The notes beneath the pieces were generated by a model that was not told where the DNA came from, did no database searches, and saw only the letters and a program-made list of their open reading frames with translations. From assembly GCA_025603075.1 (NCBI GenBank), contig MU626438.1:1-38940 (forward strand): a stretch of DNA of 38,940 nucleotides, in the 5' to 3' direction. This DNA is from Neoconidiobolus thromboides FSU 785 (lineage: Eukaryota > Fungi > Entomophthoromycota). The position numbers were made by a program, and so were the translations under genes. Shown here piece by piece: positions 1 through 10,462 of the stretch; within the stretch, counting starts at the first letter, position 1; every line of letters starts with the position of its first letter.

Positions 1-144
1 TTATATAGCTTGTAACCTATTACGTGCTATTCCTCATAATCCAAGTCTATCTTAGTCACATAAACTAAGACCTTTCGACTTATAGTGTAGTTAACCCAGC
101 AATAGCTGTTCTTGATTCCAAACCCTGAGTACCAGATTTCACAG
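1..144 (-). repeat. Dispersed repeat family 2, copy 1 (truncated by window start); homologous to 34148-34246
   Basis: Reverse complement (gtgaaatctggtactcagggtttggaatca...aaaggtcttagtttatgtgactaagatagacttggattatgaggaatagcacgtaata) aligns by eye to 34148-34246 (gtgaaactggtactcagcggttggaatca-aaaggttttggtttacgtagctaggataaacttgaattatcaagaatagtacgtaata) with a ~37-nt indel. Confidence 0.75.
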
Positions 145-365
145 TATTTTATTTAATCATTTATAAGCTAAAAAATATTAGCTTTAATAACTAATAGATT
201 TACAAATAAATAAAATAATATGTAATAGTTAAGCAAACTATGTAAAAAAAAGTAATGACTTATATAAAACTAACAAAAAACATGATCAAAAAACAAAATT
301 TAAAGAAAAGGATTATTATATTAAAAAGTCTTCTTTTTATATTTATTAAATAAAGCTTGTAAGCA

Positions 366-470
366 TATAAGGGGCGTTTTTTAGCTTTATCATTTTTTCC
401 ATTTTTTGAATGCTATTTGAGTGGAAAAATTGTTAGTAAAATTCTTAAATAAAAAAATACATCTCTATAT
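366..470 (-). mobile_element. ~100-bp MITE-like element, degenerate copy
   Basis: Matches family core (ttccattttt...tatttgagtggaaaaattgttagtaaaattcttaaat...aatacatc); termini degenerate. Strand is defined by the GGGGATGTATTTTTG end. Confidence 0.85.
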
Positions 471-578
471 ATGAGAGGGAATGTTTTTTTAACTTCATTA
501 TTTTTTCCATTTTTAAGCGCTATTCTAAGCGGAAATTTTATTAGCAAATTCCTTAAATACAAAAATACGTCCCCATAT
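469..578 (-). mobile_element. MITE-like element, head-to-tail with the previous copy
   Basis: Family core with aagcgctatt and tacgtccccatat end; abuts copy 366-470 at ATATAT (467-472). Confidence 0.85.
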
Positions 579-590
579 TTTATTTGTAAA

Positions 591-624
591 TATTCAATTA
601 TTCAATTATTCAATTATTTAATTA
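591..624. repeat. 8-bp tandem microrepeat (TATTCAAT)x3 plus a degenerate unit
   Basis: tattcaattattcaattattcaattatttaattatt read directly. Confidence 0.8.
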
Positions 625-637
625 TTTTCTATTTAAT

Positions 638-848
638 ATATGAGAGTGTTTTTTTTGACTTCATTGTTTTTTCCATTTTTTAAGCGCTATTTAAGCAGAA
701 AATATGGGGGGATGTATTTTTGTGTTTAAGGATTTTGCTAATAACTTTTCCACTCAAACAGTGCTTAAAAGATGGAAAAAGTAATGAAGCCAAAAAAACA
801 TCCCCATATGTTAATAAAATTCTTAACCACAAAAATACATCCCCATAT
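638..848 (-). mobile_element. MITE-like element split by a nested copy
   Basis: First half 638-705 (atatgagagtg...ttaagcagaaaatat) and second half 810-848 (gttaataaaattcttaaccacaaaaatacatccccatat) rejoin into one family copy when 706-809 is removed. Confidence 0.85.
702..809 (+). mobile_element. Intact MITE-like element nested in opposite orientation, flanked by ATAT on both sides
   Basis: ATAT(702-705) GGGGGGATGTATTTTTG...CAAAAAAACATCCCC ATAT(806-809). Confidence 0.92.
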
Positions 849-1484
849 AGTGTTATTTTTTAATTACTTTTTAATTTTTTCATTGTCTATTATAACATAA
901 AAAATTTCAACTACAACAATAAGTATTTTCTATAAAAAAAGCAAGAGTCATTATAGTAAAAAAAATTGATGTTGTAATTCTATATCTCTGTGATTAATGT
1001 TTAACCAAAACTTAATTATTTATAAAACACTTATAAACTCTTATTTTAAACTCAATTGGAAATTCCTATCATCAGTCAGATTTATAGCAGTGTAATTATT
1101 ATATTTATTAAGCTATCATAAATTTTTGTGTTTTTATATAAAAGCCTTTAAAATATTTAACAGAGAACGTTTTCTATTATAATAGCTTTCTCATCAAAAA
1201 ACTATAACATTATTTATAAAAATATATGAAACCTTAGTAACGTGGTAATTTTACTCCTAAAAATAATGAAAATGTGATTTATTATTCTCTCCCCTATATA
1301 AAAATCAACCCTTGAGTTTTTAAAGTATCAAAAGTTACTAATTTAAGCTAAGCGATCTATATGTGATGTTTAGTATGATTTGCTATTATTATCTATCTCA
1401 AGGTCGTTAGCATCATTAAATTATTATTTTAAGCAAAATTTCAATATTCTTTTAAACATAAAATATTAAAAAACAATAAATATT

Positions 1485-1963
1485 TTATTGATTTGCATGA
1501 TACTGAATACGAAGAAGGACTTCTCCGCGGTTTTTAGAACCTTTACCAACGCCATACCAAGACTCAGTAAATCCATTTTGAACTAATCCTTGAATAGGGA
1601 TGGTAGCCTCACCGATTTTATCATCAATAAGGGTATCTTTATCGTAAATAGAAACCTCGACTTCACTATCATCTTTAATTGGGCTAAATGGTAGTTTAAT
1701 TAATGTTATTTAAATATGAAATACTATTACAATTCGAAAGTTTCATTCCATTGAGCACTGCTTCCTGCACCCTTAATTACTTGACTCTTTTCTTTTTTGT
1801 GGTTACACTTGATAATGACATAAGCATCATTTTTTCCAACTAAAGTAGTATCTTCGTTGTGAAGATTCCTTCCTTCAACTTCTCAAATTAATACTTGTTG
1901 TTTATATAAAAAGATAGAGCTACCTAAGGTGATTTGTAATTTTCCAATTTCCTTTCCAAACAT
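1485..1963 (-). CDS. Small single C2-domain protein (128 aa), 3 exons: 1963-1924, 1878-1731, 1683-1485
   Basis: Absent from the ORF track. Manual splice (45- and 47-nt GT..AG introns) gives MFGKEIGKLQITLVEGRNLHNEDTTLVGKNDAYVIIKCNHKKEKSQVIKGAGSSAQWNETFEFPIKDDSEVEVSIYDKDTLIDDKIGEATIPIQGLVQNGFTESWYGVGKGSKNRGEVLLRIQYHANQ, with C2 hallmarks EGRNL, D-AYV, WNETFEF, YDKD..DD-IG and GEVLL. Confidence 0.9.
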
Positions 1964-2179
1964 TTTTAATAATAATCAATCCATCTTTTTAGTCTTATTT
2001 ATATGTTTGCCTTGGTGACATCACTATTAGTCGTTCTTTGTTCATAATATTGATGACGTTGAGTTATAAATTAATAAACTATTTTTAGAATTTATTTTTT
2101 GCATACTTTAGTTATTTCAAAGTTGTGCTAAAGTTTTTATTTAATTTTTGTTTAGAACTGTACATAAATCATAAAAAAG

Positions 2180-2795
2180 ATGAAAGAATCAAAGAATTTA
2201 TTTATTACAGTTGGATCCACACAATTCGAATCACTTATACATCATTTATTGAATAAAGAGGTGCTTTCATTATTATTCAATAATCATTTTGAGACAGTTA
2301 ATTTACAAGTTGGGAATACTAAAGTTAATCAAAATGAATTACTAAAATTAAAAAATGAGTTTAAAAATAAAATGACAATTAATTTATTTGATTTTAATCA
2401 AAGCCTTACTCACTTTTACAGAGAAGCGGACTTTGTTATTTCTCATGCAGGTAATATAAAATAAATACAATATTTAATTTTAATACTTATTATAATAGGC
2501 TCTGGTTCTATTATTGAAGCTTTACGATTAAAAAAGAAGTTATTAGTAGTGGTCAATAATAAATTAATGGATAATCATCAAAAAGAGTTGGCTATTGAAA
2601 TGAAAAAAAACAATTATTCATTTATATGTGAACCAGAGTAAATTTATCGATTTTTTTTTATTAATACTAATATTACTATCTAGAACCTTAAAAACATTCT
2701 TTCTAAGTTTTGATGAGTATTCTACTTTTAGTTTAGAGCCGTTTCCAGATAAAAGAACAGGTGCCTTTCAGGAGATGTTAAATACCATTCTATAA
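2180..2795 (+). CDS. ALG13: UDP-N-acetylglucosamine transferase catalytic subunit (GT28 C-terminal type); exons 2180-2450, 2499-2637, 2684-2795
   Basis: Motifs FITVGSTQFE, ISHAG|SGSIIEAL and VVVNNKLMDNHQKELA; two GT..AG introns (48 and 46 nt) keep the frame to TAA at 2793-2795. Confidence 0.93.
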
Positions 2796-2806
2796 AAAAA
2801 CACCAT

Positions 2807-5486
2807 TTATTTTTTCTTTTCATATGAATAAAATGGTCTAACTCTACCCCATGCTATAATTGGCGAATCAAATAGGATTTGATTTATGTTAGCACCAACA
2901 CCTTTATCTATTGATTCTAGCATCAGATTTGATTCCACAGCTTTAATTTTATCATTCATTGTTCCTATAGTAGCATGAAGATACTTTTGAGTAACTTGTA
3001 AAGCATCTGGTTTTTTATTATTATTAATATATATTTTATCACCATAAAGCTCACTATCATCCTTAGGAAGATACCTTATTTCTTTTACAGATAAACACAT
3101 GACTTTATTCTCTTCCCATATTAATTTATCGAATATTACTATGACACCTTTCCCAATCCATTCTTTTATTTGTTCATCATTGAGATAGTCTTGTACTATT
3201 AACTCATTGTCTTTGCTATTGTTAAATGCTAAAGTGACATGTAATAAGGATGGCATATCGTTGTTAAACCTTTTGTTAGAAAAGGATTTGGTAATGAATT
3301 GAAATGCTTTTTTACTAATATCTTTATCCTTATTATGCGACACCAGCTTATTTTTAAGTATTTCCAAAATATTTTCACCTAAAGATATCCCAATATACTT
3401 TAAAGGATATTTTGAATTAAGAGAATATTCTTTTCCATTACTTTCACTGATCAAGCATTCTTTTAACAATTGACCAACTTGATTTAAATCTGGTAATTGC
3501 GATAATAATAATTTTGGTGGATTCTCTATTTCATTTATTACAGGTATGACTTTGTCTAAGATTTGATTTTCTATTGGTTTTGTTAAGTCAATACTAATAA
3601 GTTTATGATAAGTGTTATCTATCAAATTTGATTCTGAATCAATACTTTCAAAGCTATTAATAAAATTCCACATAATTTTTTCCATTTCTAATGTTCCTTT
3701 TGGTGTCAATTTTTGGTGATTATTCCCTCTTTGAAGTATTCTATGATAAGTAAAATTGAAGTAATCTGAAATTGAAAAGTCATAGTTGTTCTCATCAATG
3801 TTCCATTGAAGTGGAATAATTATTGCATTTGGATATTTTTCTAAAATTGGTGTTAAAATTTTTTCTCTTAATTCAACGGTTTGATTATTTCTATCTGCAA
3901 TAATATGGTCAAATGTTTTAAGTGCATTTAGCACTTCTCTACAGAATGTGTTACCATCTTTATAATCATCACTTTGAATATGATGAAAATTGAATATTTT
4001 ACTGATACATTTTGAAACAACTGTTTTACCACTTCCTATTGTTGCTACTGGTAAAATGATCATCTTTTTCTTATTTTCTTCGTTATTTACTTGGTCTTCT
4101 TTCTTAAAATTATCATCTAAGGTATAGCCCGTATCTTCAAAAAATGCTTCTCTAGATTCAATTATACCTTGCCAGTCCAAATAATTTTTAAATAGCTTAG
4201 GATCACTAACTGTTTTTGATTGAAGCCATTTGAAATAAGCCCTGGATAATGGGTACCTTTGACGAAATGTAAACTTCTTTTTGGAATCTTTATTTGCTTT
4301 GAGATATTTAAATGTAATTTCCCTCCACTCTCTATACATTAAATATGGATAATCGTATTTTATTTTAAAAAAACAATGTTTTGTATTTGAGCTACGAACT
4401 ACAAATCCTTCTATTGCTCTATTTTTATAAATCCCGTTGCATTCTTCCCCAAACTGTTTAACTTGATCGATCTTATCTTTAACAATATAATCAACAGGAA
4501 TAAACCCAAAAAAATTTGCTACTTTAGTAACATATTCACTTGGCCATGTAACTAATTCTAATCTATTAAAATTAATCCCATGTAAATATAATCCAGATTC
4601 ATGAGGTGGGTAAGGTAATACATGTTCTTGAAATTGATCATCACATAACTATAATGACATGTTAGAACAACAATAATTTATAAATAATAAATGGTACCTC
4701 GAAAACTAAAGTAATATCGAAAAGTTTTAAAAACTTTAACAAGTTACCCAATTCGTTCTCACTTTTTTTTAAGTGCTTTCTGATCCAATAAATTCCCATC
4801 TGATGATGTGCTATTTTAATATTATTTAAATCTATTTTATTTGTGCTCTCATCCAAGTTTAATTTTTCGAGTTGTTTAAGTATCCCATCAATATCGTCTT
4901 CTTTAGAACCTATACTATTCTTCGATGCTACCAATAACCTATCATATTTATTTAACCTATCGTCTAATTTAAATGACTGCTCATTAAAATTAGTAGCATA
5001 AATTATACATCCATTTTCTTTAGTGGTAATTTCACAAGGACCAGTTATGTTATTTTTCAGAAAATCCCAAGATGTAAAAGGTGTTTCGTTGATATTAAAA
5101 AATTTGTCATATCCTCTTAAAATAACTTTATAATCATCATTGTTATAGTTTGTAGTAAATAAAGATCTAGCAAAAACATCAGGTATATCAGGTAAACCTT
5201 GAATATTAAACTTATCCTTCCCCTTAATAATATTTCGAAAGTAAGCTTCGCTTAATCTCCATCCATCAATCTTTATTATGTCCTTATCATCCACTTGAGA
5301 AATCAATTCAAACTCTTTCTTATTAAGCCATCTTCCTTTACTAGGCTGACTTTTTTGCCAATTAGCGTAATCATTAAATATATCAATACTTTCACGCTCC
5401 TTTGTTCTATCTTTTGTAGCCAAACCACTAAGTCCTGACTTTACCAAATCTTTCTTTATATCCTCAATAAATTTATCAAACTCCAT
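2807..5486 (-). CDS. TRL1: Trifunctional fungal tRNA ligase (ligase-kinase-cyclic phosphodiesterase), ~876 aa; exons 5486-4698 and 4648-2807
   Basis: Ligase motifs RGYDKFFN, KENG, E|LCDD..QEHV and IEGFVVR; kinase P-loop ATIGSGKT and IADRNN; CPD HxT motifs LHVTL and LHATIG. A 49-nt intron joins the two ORF-track fragments in frame. ATG at 5486 is preferred over the TTG at 5498. Confidence 0.95.
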
Positions 5487-6015
5487 AATAAAAAACAAAA
5501 GAAAACTTGACTCAATTATATATGTCTATACGCAGCAAACCATGATTAATATTTTGTAAACATCGATATAAAAACATAAGCTGATTAATCTTATTAAAAT
5601 CAAGGTCAAATATTAAAATAACAATAGCAATTAACAAGTGACTCAATGTGACTATATCACTACAAAATTATATTAGATTTAAAAAGGGTTTTAAATGATA
5701 TAATTTTTTGTTAATTGCTATTAGAAAATTATCAGAGATTTTTTATTGTAGTGTATTTAGAGGAAATATATTATTATGATATAACCCTGTTAAGGGATTA
5801 TTAAAATCATATATGTATATACTTTGAGCCATTTTAACTAAAATACTATACTGTATATTTATTTATAATGATAGTGTTATCTCAAGCATACTGAATATTT
5901 AATTCCATAGGCTACTCTCGCAAGTTTAAAATTTTGTCTATATATAGTAAACTTTTAACATGTTAAACACAATACTAATTTAAATAATTATGAGTTATAA
6001 ACTACTTTTGTTAAG

Positions 6016-7555
6016 ATGGAAGCTCCACCATTACAAAAATTAATATGGATTTCAATAAATCCAATAATGCAATTATTAATAGTAGGAGGTAATAAAAATA
6101 TATCCTTAATCTGTTATCATTTATTGTCTTAAAAGGTATTGGCGTATGGCTTGCTCGTTCTAAGATCTTAACGCCAGTAGGAGCTAAAATAATGTCACAA
6201 GTATATATAAATGCATTAGTGCCTTCTCTGATGTTTAGTAAAATGTCAGTTGCAGTGAATCCTGACTCACTAAGACGCATGGCGTAAATATAAAATAGTA
6301 TATACTATTTGTCATTTTAATATATATCATTAGAGTTGTTATTCCATTTGTATTCATTTATATGGGGATTGGCTTAATAGGTGGTATTATAGTTCGTAGA
6401 CTATTTCAAAAGAGATTACCAGATGCATTTAATTATGCTTTAATAGGTAATATATAATACATGATGAATATATTTATATTTATAAATGCTTACATTGATA
6501 TATATGACATATTAATATTAATATCATAGTTGCTTCCACTTGGTCTAATTGGGTAGTTTAATATTATAATATCGTTGACCTTTTTTTAATATCTTTAGGG
6601 CGATATTCCTTTAGCAGTAATTTTAAACTTTACTAGCTTACCACCCTTTGAGCCAAAAGACGGCGATCTCGGTGTTGCTTATGTGTCGGTATTTTTAATT
6701 ATATTTACTGTTACATTGTTCCCGCTGGGCGGGCATAAACTTGTTGAAAAAGACTTTAAAGGCGATAAACAAGATGTTGAAATTATGAATTCAAAAGCAG
6801 AAGAACAAGAAGTTATTGAATATACTTTAACTAATATAAGTAGTGGCCATAACGAATATGTTAATAATAACAATAATGAGCAGATAAATCAATACAATAA
6901 AAGTCAAACTACTATTAATCTGAGTATAAAGGCAAAGTTTTATAAAACAATGGCAAAAATCTCAGCCATCGTAATAGCTATAGCAACCCCAGTAAATATA
7001 GGCATTGTATCCGGTTTGATTGTTGGTTTAACTCCATTGAAACCAATATTTGTTCCTTTTAAAGATAACCAATACAATGTAGTTGGCATCAGTCCACCAT
7101 TATATGTAATATTTACAACTACACAATTCCTTGGTGGTGCATGTATTCCAGTTGGGTTATTAAATTTGGGTGCTGGTTTAGCTACTCTAGAAATTAAAAG
7201 TGTGCCAATAAGTTTAACTTTGGTTGTAGCCTTTATTAAACTTATACTTACCCCATTAATCGGTATTTTTCTATAAAATATAATATCTGATAATTAAACT
7301 CATTTTTTAGGCATTCCTTTAGTCAGATTATGCATTACTTTAGATTGGATTTCAAAAGAAGAAAAGGTGCTTCAGTTGGTTTTAATGTTTGCTTCCTGCG
7401 TACCATCTGCAACAACCACACTTATCTTAACACAATACTATAACCCAACTGGAGAAGCAAGGCACATTTCTTCGTTATTAGTTATACAATACGGACTAGG
7501 ATTTTTTACTATGATAATTGCATTAGCTGTATCTAATTATTTGATCTTCACTTGA
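6016..7555 (+). CDS. Auxin-efflux-carrier-like (PIN-LIKES / yeast ECM3-type, Mem_trans) membrane transporter; exons 6016-6088, 6136-6283, 6334-6446, 6530-6552, 6599-7262, 7311-7555
   Basis: Spliced protein MEAPPLQKLIWISINPIMQLLIVGGIGVWLARSKILT...VPSLMFSK...STWSNWGDIPLA...PPF...DGDLGVAYV...GGACIPVGLLNLGA...KLILTPLIG...CVPSATT. Multi-TM pattern typical of the family; five GT..AG introns keep the frame. Confidence 0.85.
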
Positions 7556-7713
7556 ATAAAAACATTTTATTGCTGTAATTTGTTACTTTTATTATTTAAT
7601 TATTTTATTTTATTTATCATAATAAATATAAACAAATCAATAGATTTTAAATTCAATTATCTTATTATATCACTAGACTATAGACAATATATTTAAACAT
7701 TTGCTTAATGTTG

Positions 7714-7745
7714 TATTATATTATATTATATTATATTATATATAT
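7714..7745. repeat. (TATTA)5 + (TA)n microsatellite between convergent 3' ends
   Basis: tattatattatattatattatattatatatat read directly. Confidence 0.8.
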
Positions 7746-7810
7746 GCATTTAAATTTATAATAAATAAATATTACTTTTTTATATTTTTTTTGTTTTTAA
7801 TCAAATAGAT

Positions 7811-8495
7811 TTACTCTGATGTTGGGCTGGGAATGGGATAATAGTTTTTCTTTGCTTCTTGGATAAGTTCTTTTTGTTGTTTACGCTTTTCCATATTTTC
7901 TGGGCTTTCTAAGAACTGTTCTCTACGTTTTAACCATTCTTCTCCAGTTTCTCCTTGATACACACCTACTAGACTATCACCACAGAATCCATATAACCAC
8001 ATGGCTGAGCCAGCTGCAAAAGCCCCAAAAGCAACTTTTCCAATTCTTTGAGCTTAAAAAAATTAAAAATAAATAAACATTATAAACTATTAAACATACA
8101 ACGTGCGCCTGCAATGGCACCTGCAACTGCTCCTCCTATAGCTTTATTCCAATGATCATCTTTTTCTCTAATTGATTGAGCAAAACAAGTAGTAGCAGCA
8201 AAAGCCACCCCGGTTACACCTAAATTAAATGAATTAATTATTAATCTTAAAATATTGTTGTTTCTTTGATAGTTTAACCAATTTATCTCAAGACTTCTTT
8301 GGTATTGTTTTTTATGTATGATCTATATAATGTACCATAATATCCAATATCACCACCAGTACGAGTGAAAACTCCTAAAGCACCAGCATTATGAACTTGA
8401 ACTGCATTTTTATAAGCACTAACTAAGAATCCAAAAGCAGAGAACTTAAGGCCTGTTTCACCAGCATAACTTAAACAAGATTTATCGCCTGCCAT
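7811..8495 (-). CDS. NDUFA11: Mitochondrial complex I accessory subunit B14.7/NUJM (Tim17/22/23 fold); exons 8495-8336, 8219-8103, 8052-7811
   Basis: AYKNAVQVHNAGALGVFTRTGG...IREKDDHWNKAIGGAVAGAIAG matches the fungal subunit pattern; 116- and 50-nt GT..AG introns keep the frame. Confidence 0.85.
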
Positions 8496-8946
8496 TTTAA
8501 TTTCTTTTTTAATAACTTAATATTTGATCTTTTAATTTATAGTAAATATAATCTACCTAAAGTAAACTAAATAATATTTAAACACGAAGTTGCTTCAATT
8601 TAATATTTATAAATTAGCCAATTAAATTCCCAAATTGATTTTGTAGAGATTAAAGATAATCAAAAATCTTATTTCGATAAAATGGGATAATTTGAATTTA
8701 AAAATAGACCATTGTATAATCAATACTAATAGTACATGTATATATGATAGTAAATATATATATTAATGGATAATGAAATTGATATAAAAAATTTCCTAAA
8801 ATATAAAACAATAATTATCACAATGTTTATTATCTTTTATCTTTAATAATAAACTTAAAAATAACAAAGTCAAATAAAATAAAAATACATCAAAATGTAT
8901 TTTTATATAGAGAGAAGTCAATCCATATCATTGAGCACAGAACCTT

Positions 8947-10114
8947 TCAACTTTTTTTATCAGTCACAACTATATGTAAAAAACTATCTGGATACATTAA
9001 ATGGAGATAAAGCCAGATTAAAGGAGTATTTAATGGTACACTTATACTTTGAATTATTATATCGAAAGTATCCAAATCTCTGCTCATGTCCTGGATATTT
9101 ACTATGTCTTTTAAAATATTATAAACACAATCTCCTATTGTTATTAATTTATCATTTGTTTCTTCTTTTTCATTTTCTTCAGAATTAAAGGGTGAAATAA
9201 GCTCTTGAATTACGCTTGGGTAATCTAAAGTTTTTGAGCTGTCAGAATAATATAATCGAAATGGAATATGTTTTGGGAATTCGTTGTTGTTACTCTCTTT
9301 AAAATTCAAAGTTAAATCATAGCTATTCAAAGTAGATTGTATATTCCAAAAGGCTTTAAAATCATCTAAATTTATTCAATTTAATAACTATTTAGTAAAA
9401 TGTTAAACCAGCTTACGAGATATCAAAGATTCCCATAATTGAATATGCTCCTCCTTTGTTAGATTCATCACCTTTTTAGTATTTCCGTGCCTTATATAAT
9501 TTGACTTTAATCCAATTAATATATCTGTAGTAGTTTATTCAAATATTTAATTACCTCCTTTATCATTGACATAAAATAATCTGAATCTGGTAGTGGATTT
9601 TCTGCTGTGAACTTTGCAACACGATATAGTTTGTCCGATGGATAATTACCATACCTTATGACCACCTCCCAAGTGTCTTTCTTGATATTACTTATTTTAT
9701 CTTTATGAGTTAATAAATCATGCAAAAGACCTACAGGAAAATGCCTATCATGATGAATTTATATTCATAATTATTATATAAATTTAATACCATTTTAAAG
9801 GAATACCTTTATATTCTAGCCATATTTCTTCCCAAGAGAAATCCGGATCATTCATGACATTTAAAAAGATATAGGTTACAACCTTAAATAAATTTAAACT
9901 AAAGTAAGAGTTTTTTGGTACTAATGTCTAATGATAATCCGATTTAGTATAATAAAATTAATTTAATTTAAGTTACATAATACTCTTCAAACTCTAAATT
10001 TGGAGGGGTAGAAGGTAGGTTTATTTTATCCTCTGTATTAAATTGGAATATTACAGGTATTTTACTATACCATACCAGTTCCTTAATACTTTCATCATTT
10101 GTTAACATTTCCAT
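8947..10114 (-). CDS. ATG5: Autophagy protein 5; exons 10114-9977, 9927-9791, 9744-9555, 9504-9417, 9365-8947
   Basis: Motifs VWYSKIPV, PKNSYF, IPLKW|HFPVGLLHDL, KE|SNYIRHGNTKKVMNL..QLW, HIPFRLY and PLIWL...YPDSFLHIVV; four 46-51-nt introns keep the frame. Confidence 0.93.
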
Positions 10115-10462
10115 AGTTTAAAGATTCATGTTTATCATTTTTTAGAAAAATATTAGAACTAAGAATATGCATAAAATGCAAATTTACATATAGTAGCCAA
10201 TAATTTTGAACTAAAACTCTGCAAAAATATGATTTCATTGAGCATCACAATATTTAATACTAAAATTAAATTTCATATCAATTTTATTTCATATAGAAAC
10301 TATACCTTAAATTTTTTAATAAAAATTATTTTTGCAAAATCATATCATTTTTATTACATTAAACTAAGTTAAAGGAGAAGACAGTTATATAAACATTATT
10401 AAGTTAAAAAGGATTTCTAAAAAATATGGTTAGCTCAAAAACTATTAAACTATTGTGACAAA

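Noticed and set aside
471-683. 70-aa ORF in the track
   Set aside because: Lies wholly across MITE copies and a microrepeat; chance read-through of repeat DNA.
366-848. Clustered ~100-bp repeats as a possible CRISPR array or tRNA-derived SINE
   Set aside because: Eukaryotic context, mixed orientations, no regular repeat-spacer period, no cas genes, no A/B boxes or poly(A) tail; TIRs are present instead.
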